Positions 1 to 10,345 are shown, numbered from the stretch's first letter. The stretch is DNA of 64,000 bases from Candidatus Nomurabacteria bacterium (GCA_026395995.1 JAPLXQ010000011.1:4210-68209), one strand, 5' to 3'. Notes: generated by a model not told the origin, from the sequence alone. Numbers and translations: made by a program.

Positions 1-189
1 CAAAAAAAGCTTCCGATTGCCGTTGTGCTGTGTGCATTAACCACAGCTGAGGTGGCCACTTCCGATATTAGTGGTAAATATTTAAAATTGAATATTCTAA
101 GTAGAACTTATGGACCTATTTATTTGTTCAATCATTACAAAAATCGCCAGCATCTTTTTTATTAGATCTGGCTTTTTTTATTTCTAATT

Positions 190-798
190 TTATTTTAAAG
201 CGTTAAGAAAATTATTTTCTATTACTTCCCAATTTAAATTCTCAAAAAATGCTTCTACATATTTTTTCTTTTCAGAAGTAGGATAATCATATACATACGC
301 ATGTTCCCACATATCGATAGCAAGGATCATGTCGCAACCATTGAGCTGTCCGAGGTGTTGCTCGTCTACCCATGAAGCAAGTAGCTTGTCTTCTTTTTTA
401 TCATACCAAAGCACTGCCCAGCCGATACCACGAGTCATGGCAATGTTTTTGAATCCCATCATAAATATATCGTATGACATACAGTCGAGATTTATTTTCT
501 TAGCGAGTTCGCTTTCAGGATTTAGGTCTTTTGCTCCACCAGAAAGGGAATTGAAATACACTTCATGATTTCTCATACCATTGTATTCGAAAGAAAAACG
601 GCGGAAGAGTTCGGCAATGAGATAAGAATTATCTTCACCATTTTTAAACATCCCTTCAGACAAGCTACTCATTTTTTCTATATTACTGTTTACATTTTTT
701 ACATAGCCAGCATAAAGCTTTAAATGCTCTTCGACATTTTTTGCACTGATACCTTTTAATTCGCCAATGTTAAACTTTTTTTCTTCAAATTTTGTCAT
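190..798 (-). CDS. sodA: Fe/Mn-family superoxide dismutase
   Basis: 202 aa ORF with the DMWEHAYY motif and conserved His/Asp metal ligands typical of Fe/Mn SODs. Confidence 0.85.
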   Translation of the reverse strand: MTKFEEKKFNIGELKGISAKNVEEHLKLYAGYVKNVNSNIEKMSSLSEGMFKNGEDNSYLIAELFRRFSFEYNGMRNHEVYFNSLSGGAKDLNPESELAKKINLDCMSYDIFMMGFKNIAMTRGIGWAVLWYDKKEDKLLASWVDEQHLGQLNGCDMILAIDMWEHAYVYDYPTSEKKKYVEAFFENLNWEVIENNFLNALK

Positions 799-951
799 AT
801 TTTTTTTAAATTCATGAAGTATTATCTATTCTAGAGCACGAAAATCTTTTACTAAAGATTTTCTCTGTCTGGCGCCGGTCGCACCTCCCAAGGCTCTTTC
901 ATAGACAATACTTCATTACTTCACTAATTACTTTTATGGTAAAATTATAGC

Positions 952-1803
952 ATGTTTCGGAAGTATTTTTTAATTATTTTCGTTGCCTTTCTACTGGTAT
1001 TTAATATTTTTCTCTTTTATACGGACTATCAAAATGGTCATAGAATGCTGACTTTTGCAGCCCTAGATATCGGCCAAGGGGATGGGCTATTTATCGAGTC
1101 GCCGAGCGGTGTGCAAATGCTTGTCGATAGTGGACCGATACATAAAATAATGGCTCCACTAGCGAAAGTATTGCCACTGTATGATAAACACATCAATGCA
1201 ATTATGATTACGAATCCTGATGCGGACCATATCGGTGGTTTTATAGATATTTTGAAAAATTATGACGTGGATTATATTATCGAGCCGGGGACTTTTAATC
1301 CTTCGAAAACTTATGCGACGGTGGAGCAACTGGTAGTAGAAAAACATGTGAAGAAAATAATCGCCCGACGAGGAATGAAATTAAATCTCGGTGCTGGTGC
1401 ATATGTAAATATTTTATTTCCAGATCGTGATGTATCGACTTGGAATAGTAATGATGGCTCGATAGTGGCGCGACTTTCATATGGAAATAATTCTGTGATG
1501 CTGACAGGGGATGCGACTCAGAAGATAGAAGGAATTATTTTAGGTGAAAATCCAGCCCGGCTTTTAAAATCTGATATTTTAAAAGCCGGGCATCATGGAT
1601 CCCGCACCTCTACATCTTCGGCATTCGTAAAAGCCGTCGACCCTAACTATGCAGTTATTTCCGTCGGTAAAGATAATAAATATGGCCATCCACATCAGGA
1701 AATTCTCGACACTCTAGATTCTTTTAATATTAAAACCCTCCGCACCGACCTCCTCGGTACCATTATATTCAAAGGGGATAGCCTTGACTTTAAACTAAAA
1801 TAA
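952..1803 (+). CDS. ComEC/Rec2-related metallo-beta-lactamase-fold domain protein with N-terminal TM
   Basis: N-terminal hydrophobic helix; 'DIGQGDG...ITNPDADHIGG...AGHHGSRTSTS' matches the C-terminal MBL domain of ComEC-family proteins. Confidence 0.55.
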   Translation: MFRKYFLIIFVAFLLVFNIFLFYTDYQNGHRMLTFAALDIGQGDGLFIESPSGVQMLVDSGPIHKIMAPLAKVLPLYDKHINAIMITNPDADHIGGFIDILKNYDVDYIIEPGTFNPSKTYATVEQLVVEKHVKKIIARRGMKLNLGAGAYVNILFPDRDVSTWNSNDGSIVARLSYGNNSVMLTGDATQKIEGIILGENPARLLKSDILKAGHHGSRTSTSSAFVKAVDPNYAVISVGKDNKYGHPHQEILDTLDSFNIKTLRTDLLGTIIFKGDSLDFKLK

Positions 1804-1871
1804 GTGTATTATCTGGTTTAGATAAATTCAAAAATAAATTTGAGCGAAAGCTCTTTAAAAACCAAAAAAAT

Positions 1872-2732
1872 ATGAAAAAATTCTTTATTGCGATCTTCGC
1901 ATTATTTTTATCGTTGTCCGTTATTGGACAGACAAAATCTTTATATGAACTTTTGGGCAATAAATTGCCTGCGTATGGTACAGCTGCTCGCACTGCTATG
2001 GCAGTAGAAGCTGGTATAACTTCCGGTTACATAGGAAGTTATGATCAAAATCAGAAAATTGCAGAATATTTACAATCTGTTTCAAAAGTTTATGTAAAAA
2101 ATCCTGAAATAGCATCAGCTAAAAAAGATTGCTTAAAGTTTGAAAAAACGATAGTTGTTCCATCTGTAAATGCAACACAAAATGTAAATAATTTTCTTTC
2201 TACAGATATACAGAAATCTATAGCGAATGCAGAAATTCGTTTTGTAGATTCTCGTTTAAATAGTGAGAAATATCAATCAATGCAGTCTAATCAACTTTTA
2301 ATGATTGCTGTTGCCACTGTAGCAACAAACAGAACCTCGGATGAGGAAATATTAAGAGATGGTAGTGGTAAGTTTTTTGATAGCCTTACTTTGAGGCAAA
2401 CACTGATATATTTAATAGGAAAACAGCCACATGGTGAAAAGGGAATATTGGCTACGAATAGTAATAGCAATATTTTCTATGTAAAAAAAGGAGATGGAAG
2501 TATTTATTATATTTCCCTTGGATGGTCTACTGATTATGGTGGATGGTATCTGAATTATCATGACTGGATAACTCCAGTTGGGTCTGAATGGGAATACAAA
2601 GGCGACAAAATTTTTGCTTTCGTATATAACCCAAAAAATTCCTTAACCTCAGACGAGGATTCAAATTTAGAAACACCAGCCGAACTGAAGAGTTCGGTAC
2701 TAAATCAAATAAAAGAAAATAATAAAAAATAA
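1872..2732 (+). CDS. secreted hypothetical protein
   Basis: Signal-peptide-like N-terminus (MKKFFIAIFALFLSLSVIG); no recognisable catalytic motifs. Confidence 0.45.
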   Translation: MKKFFIAIFALFLSLSVIGQTKSLYELLGNKLPAYGTAARTAMAVEAGITSGYIGSYDQNQKIAEYLQSVSKVYVKNPEIASAKKDCLKFEKTIVVPSVNATQNVNNFLSTDIQKSIANAEIRFVDSRLNSEKYQSMQSNQLLMIAVATVATNRTSDEEILRDGSGKFFDSLTLRQTLIYLIGKQPHGEKGILATNSNSNIFYVKKGDGSIYYISLGWSTDYGGWYLNYHDWITPVGSEWEYKGDKIFAFVYNPKNSLTSDEDSNLETPAELKSSVLNQIKENNKK

Positions 2733-2791
2733 AATTAGAATAACAAAAAAGAAAGCCCTGTCTCAATGAGACAGGGCTTTTCAATTTGTAT

Positions 2792-3037
2792 TTATTTAAA
2801 GATTCCAGCTTTCTTTAATGTTGCGTATGCTCCATTCTTTGCTAGTGTTCTCATTCCTTGAGTAGAGATTTCTAGGTTGAAAGTCTTACCGAGTTCAGGA
2901 ACAAAAACCTTCTTCTTTTGAAGATTTGGGTATTTGCGAACTTTGCCAGTAGGATTGAACTTTGTCGCACGAGTGCGGTTTGAGTATCCTCCTGCCATAA
3001 TTGAACCTTTTTTAGTTATTGGACAGATTTTTGCCAT
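2792..3037 (-). CDS. rpmB: 50S ribosomal protein L28
   Basis: 81 aa basic protein; 'MAKICPITKKGS...NRTRATKF' resembles the L28 N-terminus. Confidence 0.75.
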   Translation of the reverse strand: MAKICPITKKGSIMAGGYSNRTRATKFNPTGKVRKYPNLQKKKVFVPELGKTFNLEISTQGMRTLAKNGAYATLKKAGIFK

Positions 3038-3105
3038 ATATTTGTATCAGTTATATTTCTATAAAAGTAATTTTATGTTATCATAACTATACATTTAATG
3101 CAAAT

Positions 3106-3738
3106 ATGGATACAACAAATACAATTTTTTACATAGTAGTTCTGATTTTCTCTGTAATTATTCACGAAATCTCTCATGGCTTCATGGCAGAGAAATTTGG
3201 TGATCACACTGCTCGTGATGCAGGACGTCTTACTCTAAATCCAATCGTACACCTAGATTTATTTGGTTCGATTATCTTACCGATACTTTTAATAGTCTCC
3301 AATGCACATTTTATTTTTGGTTGGGCAAAACCAGTACCATATAATCCAAATAATTTAACAAATAGAAAATGGGGAACTATAGCTGTGGCAGGGGCTGGAA
3401 TTATAGCGAACTTAACGGTAGCGATAATCTTCTCAATACTTATTCGTCTTGGAATGTATTTTGGTTATACTAATGAATCTTTTTATTTTATTTGTGGACT
3501 TATTTCATTTTTGAATTTGCTTTTAGTTTTTTTCAACCTTATGCCTTTTCCACCGCTTGATGGTTCAAAAATTCTTTTTGCTTTTTTACCAGTACGTTTT
3601 GCTCATCTTGAAGCTACTCTTGAACGTTATTCAATCATAATTTTTCTTTTCTTTATATTCTTTATCTGGGAACATATTTTTCCAGTAATTTTTTCTATCT
3701 ATCATTTGCTAGCAGGAGTCTACCCGTCTTTTTTGTAG
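3106..3738 (+). CDS. M50-family (site-2 protease-like) membrane zinc metalloprotease
   Basis: HEISHG (HExxH) motif in a TM helix plus NLMPFPPLDG motif; multiple TM segments. Start moved to the internal ATG to avoid overlap with rpmB. Confidence 0.7.
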   Translation: MDTTNTIFYIVVLIFSVIIHEISHGFMAEKFGDHTARDAGRLTLNPIVHLDLFGSIILPILLIVSNAHFIFGWAKPVPYNPNNLTNRKWGTIAVAGAGIIANLTVAIIFSILIRLGMYFGYTNESFYFICGLISFLNLLLVFFNLMPFPPLDGSKILFAFLPVRFAHLEATLERYSIIIFLFFIFFIWEHIFPVIFSIYHLLAGVYPSFL

Positions 3739-3830
3739 ATTAAGCTTTTTACTTGCTTTTTATCTCCTAATATATTATATTGTTTCTAGTAGCCCAATTA
3801 TATAGTAGTGGCTATTTTATTTACTCAATT

Positions 3831-4253
3831 ATGCCAACAGTCAACCAATTAATTAAAACAAGTAGAAAAACAACCCGTAAAAAGACAAAGACGGTAGCTT
3901 TGGCGCGTGGATTCAATATCTTGAAAAACAAGCCAGTTTTTTACCCAGCTCCTTTTAAAAGAGGAGTTTGTACAAAAGTTTCAACTACCACTCCAAAGAA
4001 GCCTAACTCAGCTCTCCGTAAAATCGCCCGTGTTCGCCTTACAAATGGAATGGAAGTAACTGCTTATATCCCAGGAGAAGGACACAACTTACAAGAACAC
4101 TCCGTCGTAATGCTACGTGGAGGACGTGTGAAAGACTTGATCGGGGTTCGTTACCACATCGTTCGCGGTGTACTCGATACTCAAGGAGTAGAAAAGAGAA
4201 GACAAAGTCGTTCATTGTACGGAAATAAGAAACCAAAAGCAGTAAAGAAATAA
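3831..4253 (+). CDS. rpsL: 30S ribosomal protein S12
   Basis: MPTVNQLIK...KKPNSALRK... is the canonical S12 sequence; start at the internal ATG. Confidence 0.95.
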   Translation: MPTVNQLIKTSRKTTRKKTKTVALARGFNILKNKPVFYPAPFKRGVCTKVSTTTPKKPNSALRKIARVRLTNGMEVTAYIPGEGHNLQEHSVVMLRGGRVKDLIGVRYHIVRGVLDTQGVEKRRQSRSLYGNKKPKAVKK

Positions 4254-4267
4254 TTTAAATAATATAT

Positions 4268-4738
4268 ATGCGAAGAAAAGTAACAAATAGAAATATAGTA
4301 GAACCAGATTTTGTTTACAACTCTACAAAGTTGGAGAAGTTTATCAATTACATTATGTGGGACGGAAAGAAGGAGACAGCACGTAAAGTGATGTATGCTG
4401 CTTTTGATATTGTAAAAGAAAAGACTGGTAACCCAAACCCTCTAGAAGTTTTTGATCTTGCTATGAAAAATGCTGGACCACTTACAGAAGTTCGCTCAAA
4501 GCGTATCGGAGGTGCAAACTACCAAGTTCCTCGTGAAGTTTCACCAGCTCGTCGTCTTGCTCTTGCTATGCGATGGATTCGTGACGCTGCTCGTAACAAG
4601 AAGGGCCAACCAATGGCTACAAAGCTCGCTGATGAAATAATCGCAGCTTCAAAAAATGAAGGTATTGCTATCAAAAAGAAAGAAGATACTCACAAGATGG
4701 CAGAATCAAACAAAGCATTTGCTCACTTCGCTTGGTAA
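4268..4738 (+). CDS. rpsG: 30S ribosomal protein S7
   Basis: 156 aa with canonical S7 motifs, immediately downstream of rpsL. Confidence 0.95.
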   Translation: MRRKVTNRNIVEPDFVYNSTKLEKFINYIMWDGKKETARKVMYAAFDIVKEKTGNPNPLEVFDLAMKNAGPLTEVRSKRIGGANYQVPREVSPARRLALAMRWIRDAARNKKGQPMATKLADEIIAASKNEGIAIKKKEDTHKMAESNKAFAHFAW

Positions 4739-4756
4739 TACTAAATACTTAAAACA

Positions 4757-4785
4757 AAAAATCCCCAATAGGGGATTTTTTGTTT
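4757..4785 (+). terminator. rho-independent terminator (aaaaaatccccaataggggattttttg)
   Basis: GC hairpin plus T-run after rpsG; a near-identical hairpin recurs at 18961-18990 after rplB. Confidence 0.6.
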
Positions 4786-4787
4786 AG

Positions 4788-4822
4788 TTGACTTTTATTT
4801 ATGTGTATGCTATTCTTTAAAT
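4788..4822 (+). promoter_or_regulatory. sigma70-like promoter TTGACTTTT-N-TATGCTAT (family member)
   Basis: TTGACT at 4788-4793 and an extended -10-like element; same module as at 19024, 20177 and 21042. Confidence 0.45.
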
Positions 4823-4999
4823 GAAGTTGTTTAAAGATATTAAGGGAAACACGCCATGGTTTTCCTTTTGGCCCTCAGAAGTACAGATTTTTGAAGCTTG
4901 CTGCTTTATTTTGTATGGACGAGGGTCTTTTTTTTTTGACAAAATGGTCTGTATTTTGTACCTTTAGGTAAAGAGACAAATAGTTCTAAAACAAAACAA

Positions 5000-5503
5000 A
5001 TGAAAAATCTCATAATCGTTGTAGCTGGTGATTTTAATAATCATAGCTTTGCTCATATTATCAAAGCTGATATCAATAGCTTAGGTGAAGAATTACAAAG
5101 AAAGAGACTAAAAGATATTTTGATTTATAGTTCTACTGATGAAAATCATGTAAAAACAGCAGAAATTATAAATAAATATTTGAAAACAGAATGTTTTCAG
5201 GACGAAGAAATACTTTTTACTAAAAATACAAAGTTAGCCAAAAAAGATAAACTATCCATAGTTATGGACTATTTATTGGTGCCATCTCATAGTTCAGAAA
5301 CAGTTATTCTTGTTGTTAATGTGAATTATGCGACAGACCTGGTTTTAGCTTGTGCTGATTTATATATTCAGAAAAAGTTAGACTTTGAAAAAAATTTAAT
5401 TAAAAGTTGCGATGCTATGGTTATTGATTTAGAACATAAAACATTCTATAAAATGATTATTAGAACTTCATCATTTAACAAGTATAATCATAAAATATAT
5501 TAA
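5000..5503 (+). CDS. hypothetical protein (first gene of the island in the str operon)
   Basis: 167 aa ORF with no confident motif match. Confidence 0.4.
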   Translation: MKNLIIVVAGDFNNHSFAHIIKADINSLGEELQRKRLKDILIYSSTDENHVKTAEIINKYLKTECFQDEEILFTKNTKLAKKDKLSIVMDYLLVPSHSSETVILVVNVNYATDLVLACADLYIQKKLDFEKNLIKSCDAMVIDLEHKTFYKMIIRTSSFNKYNHKIY

Positions 5504-5664
5504 AATCGACTTAGTTTTTTTAGGAGAGTCATAACCCCTGTGTTTAGTTTACTAGGTTAATACACCTCTGGCAGATAGTCTGCTCGGAGGTTTTTTATTT
5601 GACTAATGTATCCATATTTTGTATTGTTTGGGTAAAGATAAACAGTTCCAAAAAATTAAAGAAA

Positions 5665-6135
5665 ATGAGCAATAGAACTAGGGCAAAACGAAAAGCCCGT
5701 AACAAAGAACTAAATATTCTTAAAAGGATGAAAAATCCAAAAAGCATATGCTTGGTTGAAGATACAAAAAAGTATTTAAAAGAATGGAAGAAATTATTTG
5801 AAGAAATTGATCCTGATATAGAAGTTTTTATTGATGTAAATAAACTAGCTTGGCATTCAGTTGAAAGAAAAACAGGATTAGAGCATTCTAGAATTGTAGA
5901 CATAACACATGATGTGTACATGTTAGTCATTATTCGTTTTCCATTTTTAAATGAAAAATATTTATTTTGTGGTAATGATACAGCTTATGAAAGAAGCTCT
6001 GTTATTCCATTAGAAGATCCTTATTGGTGTGACACCATTACAGAGATTGTTACTTGGCAGGAACTTTATGAAAGAGTTGTTGCTATTGTTAATAACGAAA
6101 GAGGTCAAATTCCAAAACCTGCCCCAGTAACCTAG
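5665..6135 (+). CDS. hypothetical protein
   Basis: ORF start taken at MSNRTRAK; the upstream part of the tracked ORF is the translation of a duplicated promoter module. Confidence 0.4.
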   Translation: MSNRTRAKRKARNKELNILKRMKNPKSICLVEDTKKYLKEWKKLFEEIDPDIEVFIDVNKLAWHSVERKTGLEHSRIVDITHDVYMLVIIRFPFLNEKYLFCGNDTAYERSSVIPLEDPYWCDTITEIVTWQELYERVVAIVNNERGQIPKPAPVT

Positions 6136-6191
6136 GGCAGGTTTTTTATTTGCAAAATAAAGAGAAATATTAACGAAACATAATTATCCAC

Positions 6192-6211
6192 ATCTACGCT
6201 ATAGCGTAGAT
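6192..6211. repeat. 20 bp perfect palindrome ATCTACGCTATAGCGTAGAT (copy 1)
   Basis: Seen directly; an identical copy lies at 6617-6636. The two flank the Cas2-like ORF. Confidence 0.9.
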
Positions 6212-6234
6212 GATGAATATAATATAATTAACAT

Positions 6235-6594
6235 ATGGTTATGAATAAGAAAAAGAAATACAAAGGTGTCTCTGTAAATTTATTCGGGTTACCTGATGTA
6301 GATCTTTATGAAAATAAGAAGATTGTAAAAAGAATTTATCTCGATTCTTTTGCTACTGATTTTAAAGAGAATGCACCGAAGAATTTAATTCTTATGTATG
6401 ATATTCCAGATAACATGAAAAAGCATCGAGATTGGTTTCGTCGTCAGTTAAAAAGTTTTGGTTTTATAATGGTTCAAAAGAGTGTCTGGGTTGGCCCATC
6501 ACCATTACCAAAAGACTTTTTGGAATATTTGAAAGAAATTAAAATAGGGGACAAGTTTAAAACTTTTAAATTAGCTAAAGCTTATAAATTCTAA
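6235..6594 (+). CDS. Cas2-fold (Cas2/VapD-like) protein, orphan
   Basis: 'LILMYDIPDNMKKHRDWFRRQLKSFGFIMVQKSVWVG...IKIGDKFKTFKL' aligns with the Cas2 beta1-alpha1 core (LVxYDV...KRR..V.K....G.RVQ.SVF...DSvRiY). About 48 aa N-terminal extension. No cas1 or CRISPR array in the window. Confidence 0.45.
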   Translation: MVMNKKKKYKGVSVNLFGLPDVDLYENKKIVKRIYLDSFATDFKENAPKNLILMYDIPDNMKKHRDWFRRQLKSFGFIMVQKSVWVGPSPLPKDFLEYLKEIKIGDKFKTFKLAKAYKF

Positions 6595-6616
6595 TTAATT
6601 ATTACTGATATCTTCA

Positions 6617-6636
6617 ATCTACGCTATAGCGTAGAT
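6617..6636. repeat. 20 bp perfect palindrome ATCTACGCTATAGCGTAGAT (copy 2)
   Basis: Identical to 6192-6211; sits between the Cas2-like stop and the promoter of the next ORF. Confidence 0.9.
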
Positions 6637-6712
6637 GAAATTTTGCTGTTTGACTTGTCTTCGTATATTTTGTATTGTTTGGGTAGATATAATAATTCTT
6701 AAAAAAATTAAG

Positions 6713-7240
6713 ATGAAAAAGAATTTTAAGCCTATAAACTTAACTGACAAAGGTCCAATCTTTGATTTAGATGGTCATATGCCGACAGAAGAAAATTTTG
6801 CCCATGTTCTTTTAGAACTTTTTTCTAAAAAAGTATTACCCAAAACCAGAAGAAAGATCACTGTACTTGTTTCTGGAATTAAATATCACAAACTTAGAGC
6901 TGGGCAATGGGATCGTGAACCTTTCCGTTATGAAGAAGAAAAAACTTACACTTTTGGTTTTCTTTGTAGAAAATGGAGAGATGATTCTGGTGGAAAAGAT
7001 TTTGATCCTGAGGAATTTAAAAGAGAGTCTGAGATTCATTTTAAAATATTAGAAAAACAAGGAGATAAAAAATCAGCTTGGACTCCATATGTTTTTCATA
7101 AACAATATGAAAATGCTATTAAAGCTGAAAATAAATATCAGCAAGAGCTTAAAAATGCCCGAGAACCTGAAACGATTAAAAAAATAATAAAGAAAAGAGA
7201 AAGTGAATATTCTAGTTCTCAATTATACGTTGGAGGATAG
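6713..7240 (+). CDS. hypothetical protein
   Basis: ORF start taken at MKKNFKP; preceded by a TTGACT-N17-TATTGTTTGGGTA promoter module duplicated at 5598-5640. Confidence 0.4.
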   Translation: MKKNFKPINLTDKGPIFDLDGHMPTEENFAHVLLELFSKKVLPKTRRKITVLVSGIKYHKLRAGQWDREPFRYEEEKTYTFGFLCRKWRDDSGGKDFDPEEFKRESEIHFKILEKQGDKKSAWTPYVFHKQYENAIKAENKYQQELKNAREPETIKKIIKKRESEYSSSQLYVGG

Positions 7241-7367
7241 TGAATAGGTTCTAAAATTAAACTGCATGTAAATGCAGTTTTTATTTGCAAAATTGAGGAA
7301 AATGTTTTATATTAAAGGTATTAGGGCTTTGGCCTTTTTTTATTAATTATTAACAATAAACATATAT

Positions 7368-9515
7368 ATGGAAAGAGATTATCCACTAGAGAAAGTTAGA
7401 AATATTGGAATTATTGCCCACATCGATGCGGGTAAGACTACTACGACAGAGCGTGTGCTTTATTACACAGGTGTTTCACATAAAATCGGTGAAGTTCACG
7501 ATGGAGAAACGACTACAGACTGGATGGAACAAGAGCGTGAAAGAGGTATAACTATTACTTCTGCTGCTGTTACTTGTTTCTGGACACCGACATATGCACT
7601 TACAGACAAGAGTAAGAAACACCGTTTCAATATTATCGATACTCCTGGGCACATTGACTTCACAGTGGAAGTAAAAAGATCTCTCCGTGTACTCGACGGT
7701 GCTGTCGTCGTATTTGATGGTGTTGCTGGGGTAGAACCTCAATCAGAAACAAACTGGCGTTATGCTGACGAAGCGAAAGTTCCTCGTATTTGTTTCGTGA
7801 ACAAGCTCGACCGTACAGGTGCTTCATTTGAACACTCATTCGCAACTATTTTAGATCGTTTGAATAAAAATGCTGTTCGTTACCAAATCCCTATCGGCCT
7901 AGAAGAAAAGCATGAAGGTGTTATTGATCTTTTGAAAATGAAAGCTTATTACTTTGAAGGTGAAATGGGTAATAAAGTTATTGAAAAAGATATTCCTGAA
8001 GAAATGAAAGCAGATGCACAAAAGTATCATGCAGAATTGATTGAAAAAATCGTTGAAACAGATGATGTTATGATGACAGAATATTTGGATGGAAAAATTC
8101 CAAGTGTTGAAGTTTTGAAAAAGACTTTACGTAAGGCTGTTATTAATAATGATATTTTCCCAGTTTTCGCTGGATCAGCACTGAAAAACAAGGGTGTACA
8201 ACTCGTACTCGATGCTGTCATTGATTACTTACCAGCTCCTACAGACATTCCTCCTATCGGTGGAATCAATGTTGATACAGAAGAACCAATGGTTCGTCAT
8301 GCTTCTGATGCAGAACCTTTTTCTGCTTTGGCTTTCAAAATCGCTACTGACCCATTCGTAGGACAAATCATTTTCTTCCGTGTATATTCTGGAACTCTTT
8401 CAGCTGGAAGTTATGTTTACAATCCTCGTACAAGAAACAAAGAAAGAATTGGACGTATTCTTCGTATGCATGCGAATGATCGTGAAGAAGTGAAACAAGT
8501 TTTCGCTGGAGAAATCGCAGCTGCTGTAGGACTCAAAGATACAATTACTTCAGACACACTTTGTGATGAAGCAAACCCAATTATTTTGGACCGTATCGTT
8601 TTCCCTGAACCAGTTATTTCTCTACGTATCGAACCAAAGACAAAAGCTGACCAAGAAAAAATGGGTATGGCACTCAATCGCCTTGCTCAAGAAGACCCTA
8701 CTTTCAAAGTTTCAACTGATCAAGAAACAGGAGAGACTATTATTGCCGGAATGGGAGAACTTCACCTTGAAATTATCGTTGATCGTATGAAAAGAGAATT
8801 TTCTGTGGAAGCAAATGTAGGTAAACCACAAGTAGCTTACCGTGAGACTATCACTGGTTCTTCAGAAGTAGAGGGTAAATACATTAAACAATCTGGAGGT
8901 CGTGGAAACTATGGTCACGTGAAGATCAAGATCAAGCCTATGGTTCCTATGACAAAAGAAGAAGTAGCTGATTTACCAAAAAATACAAAACGTACAGAAG
9001 GATTTGAATTCATTAACACAATTAAAGGAGGTGCTATTCCACAAGAATATATTGCTCCTTGTGAGAAGGGATTTAAAGAAGGTCTCGATCGTGGAGTACT
9101 CGCTGGTTTCAAAATGGTGAATGTATCTGTCGATCTTTGGGACGGATCTTTCCACGAAGTGGACTCAAACGAAATGGCCTTCAAAATCGCAGCCTCAATG
9201 GCCATACAAGATGCTTGTAAGATGGCTCGCCCTGTGATCCTAGAACCGATGATGAAAGTCGAAGTAGTGACTCCAGACAAGTTCATGGGAGACGTCACAG
9301 GTAACCTCTCATCAAAGCGTGGACTTATCGAAGGAATGGAAGACCGTGGTATGAATAAAGTTGTTAAAGCAATCGTTCCGCTTTCAGAAATGTTCGGATA
9401 CATGACTGGTCTACGTTCTATGACAGAAGGCCGTGCTTCATTTACTATGGAATTCTTACGTTATGATATAGTGCCACAAAACGTTGCGGATACTATTATT
9501 GCAGCGAGAAAGTAG
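7368..9515 (+). CDS. fusA: elongation factor G
   Basis: 715 aa; [15 protein letters not shown] and DTPGHIDF G-domain motifs, full EF-G architecture. Confidence 0.97.
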   Translation: MERDYPLEKVRNIGIIAHIDAGKTTTTERVLYYTGVSHKIGEVHDGETTTDWMEQERERGITITSAAVTCFWTPTYALTDKSKKHRFNIIDTPGHIDFTVEVKRSLRVLDGAVVVFDGVAGVEPQSETNWRYADEAKVPRICFVNKLDRTGASFEHSFATILDRLNKNAVRYQIPIGLEEKHEGVIDLLKMKAYYFEGEMGNKVIEKDIPEEMKADAQKYHAELIEKIVETDDVMMTEYLDGKIPSVEVLKKTLRKAVINNDIFPVFAGSALKNKGVQLVLDAVIDYLPAPTDIPPIGGINVDTEEPMVRHASDAEPFSALAFKIATDPFVGQIIFFRVYSGTLSAGSYVYNPRTRNKERIGRILRMHANDREEVKQVFAGEIAAAVGLKDTITSDTLCDEANPIILDRIVFPEPVISLRIEPKTKADQEKMGMALNRLAQEDPTFKVSTDQETGETIIAGMGELHLEIIVDRMKREFSVEANVGKPQVAYRETITGSSEVEGKYIKQSGGRGNYGHVKIKIKPMVPMTKEEVADLPKNTKRTEGFEFINTIKGGAIPQEYIAPCEKGFKEGLDRGVLAGFKMVNVSVDLWDGSFHEVDSNEMAFKIAASMAIQDACKMARPVILEPMMKVEVVTPDKFMGDVTGNLSSKRGLIEGMEDRGMNKVVKAIVPLSEMFGYMTGLRSMTEGRASFTMEFLRYDIVPQNVADTIIAARK

Positions 9516-9523
9516 AAGTTAAT

Positions 9524-9612
9524 TCCTCCTCCCCTTAGCTAAGGGGAGGAATGAGGTGGGGTGCTGAATTTTGCACCCCCTCCCAACCTCCCCCTTGGCA
9601 AAGGGGGATGGA
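9524..9612. repeat. GC-rich triple-hairpin intergenic repeat (copy A)
   Basis: cctcctccccttagctaaggggagga / ggtggggtgctgaattttgcacccctcc / cctcccccttggcaaagggggatgg; about 90% identical to 39288-39380. Confidence 0.85.
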
Positions 9613-9630
9613 AACTCAAAACTTTAAAAG

Positions 9631-9660
9631 AGCCCCGCCTTACGGCGGGGCTCTTTTCTT
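9631..9660 (+). terminator. rho-independent terminator after fusA
   Basis: agagccccgccttacggcggggctcttttctt hairpin plus T-run. Confidence 0.65.
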
Positions 9661-9745
9661 GCATTTATTTTTGATAGTGATATCATTTAATTAAACAATA
9701 GTCCCTTGTAATATTCATAGGGAAAACCTAAAATCATTAAAAACA

Positions 9746-10009
9746 ATGATAAAACTTGGAATTAATTGGACAGCACTACTCGATGAGTACTGGTATCTGT
9801 CATTTGTTCTCGTTGGTGCACTTCTTTTGATTATTGTAATTAGATATTTCGTTAAAAAAAGAAATAAACTAAAAGCAGTTTCTTTATCAAAACAAAAAAC
9901 AACAGAACAACAAAAAAACGCTTCTGGAAACGGAAAGCACACAAATCACGATCCATATTTTTCTCGTATTAAAAAACGAGCAAAGGTTCGTGCAGTAGTA
10001 ACAAAATAA
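9746..10009 (+). CDS. small membrane protein (hypothetical)
   Basis: Single TM helix followed by a basic tail. Confidence 0.35.
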   Translation: MIKLGINWTALLDEYWYLSFVLVGALLLIIVIRYFVKKRNKLKAVSLSKQKTTEQQKNASGNGKHTNHDPYFSRIKKRAKVRAVVTK

Positions 10010-10096
10010 AAAAGTCCGGCAGATTGCTGGACTTTTTTGCTTTTTAATTTAATGTGTGTTATTCTGTTTTTAGATAAATTTAAACAGATTTTTGAT

Positions 10097-10345
10097 ATGC
10101 AAAAAAAAAGATTAATTACAATTGTATTTGCTGCACTTTTTTATGGTACAGTTTTTATTTTAATAATTACTGGTGTGATAAATAATTCACAAAAACCAGA
10201 GAAATTAGAACCAAAAGACTATCCAAAAGTAACCTTCATTAATACTTATTCTGATTTGTATTTTGACCCTGAGGATAACACCAAAGAAGGTGTAATTTTT
10301 TTAAAACATCATAGTGATGACTGCATAGAATGCATTTATTATTAA
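10097..10345 (+). CDS. small membrane protein (hypothetical)
   Basis: Start at MQKKRLITIV; one TM helix; C-terminal Cys/His cluster. Confidence 0.35.
   Translation: MQKKRLITIVFAALFYGTVFILIITGVINNSQKPEKLEPKDYPKVTFINTYSDLYFDPEDNTKEGVIFLKHHSDDCIECIYY

Noticed and set aside
4740-7300. CRISPR array or cas1 next to the Cas2-like gene
   Set aside because: I looked for regularly spaced direct repeats. Only two 20 bp palindromes and duplicated promoter modules are present, so there is no array.
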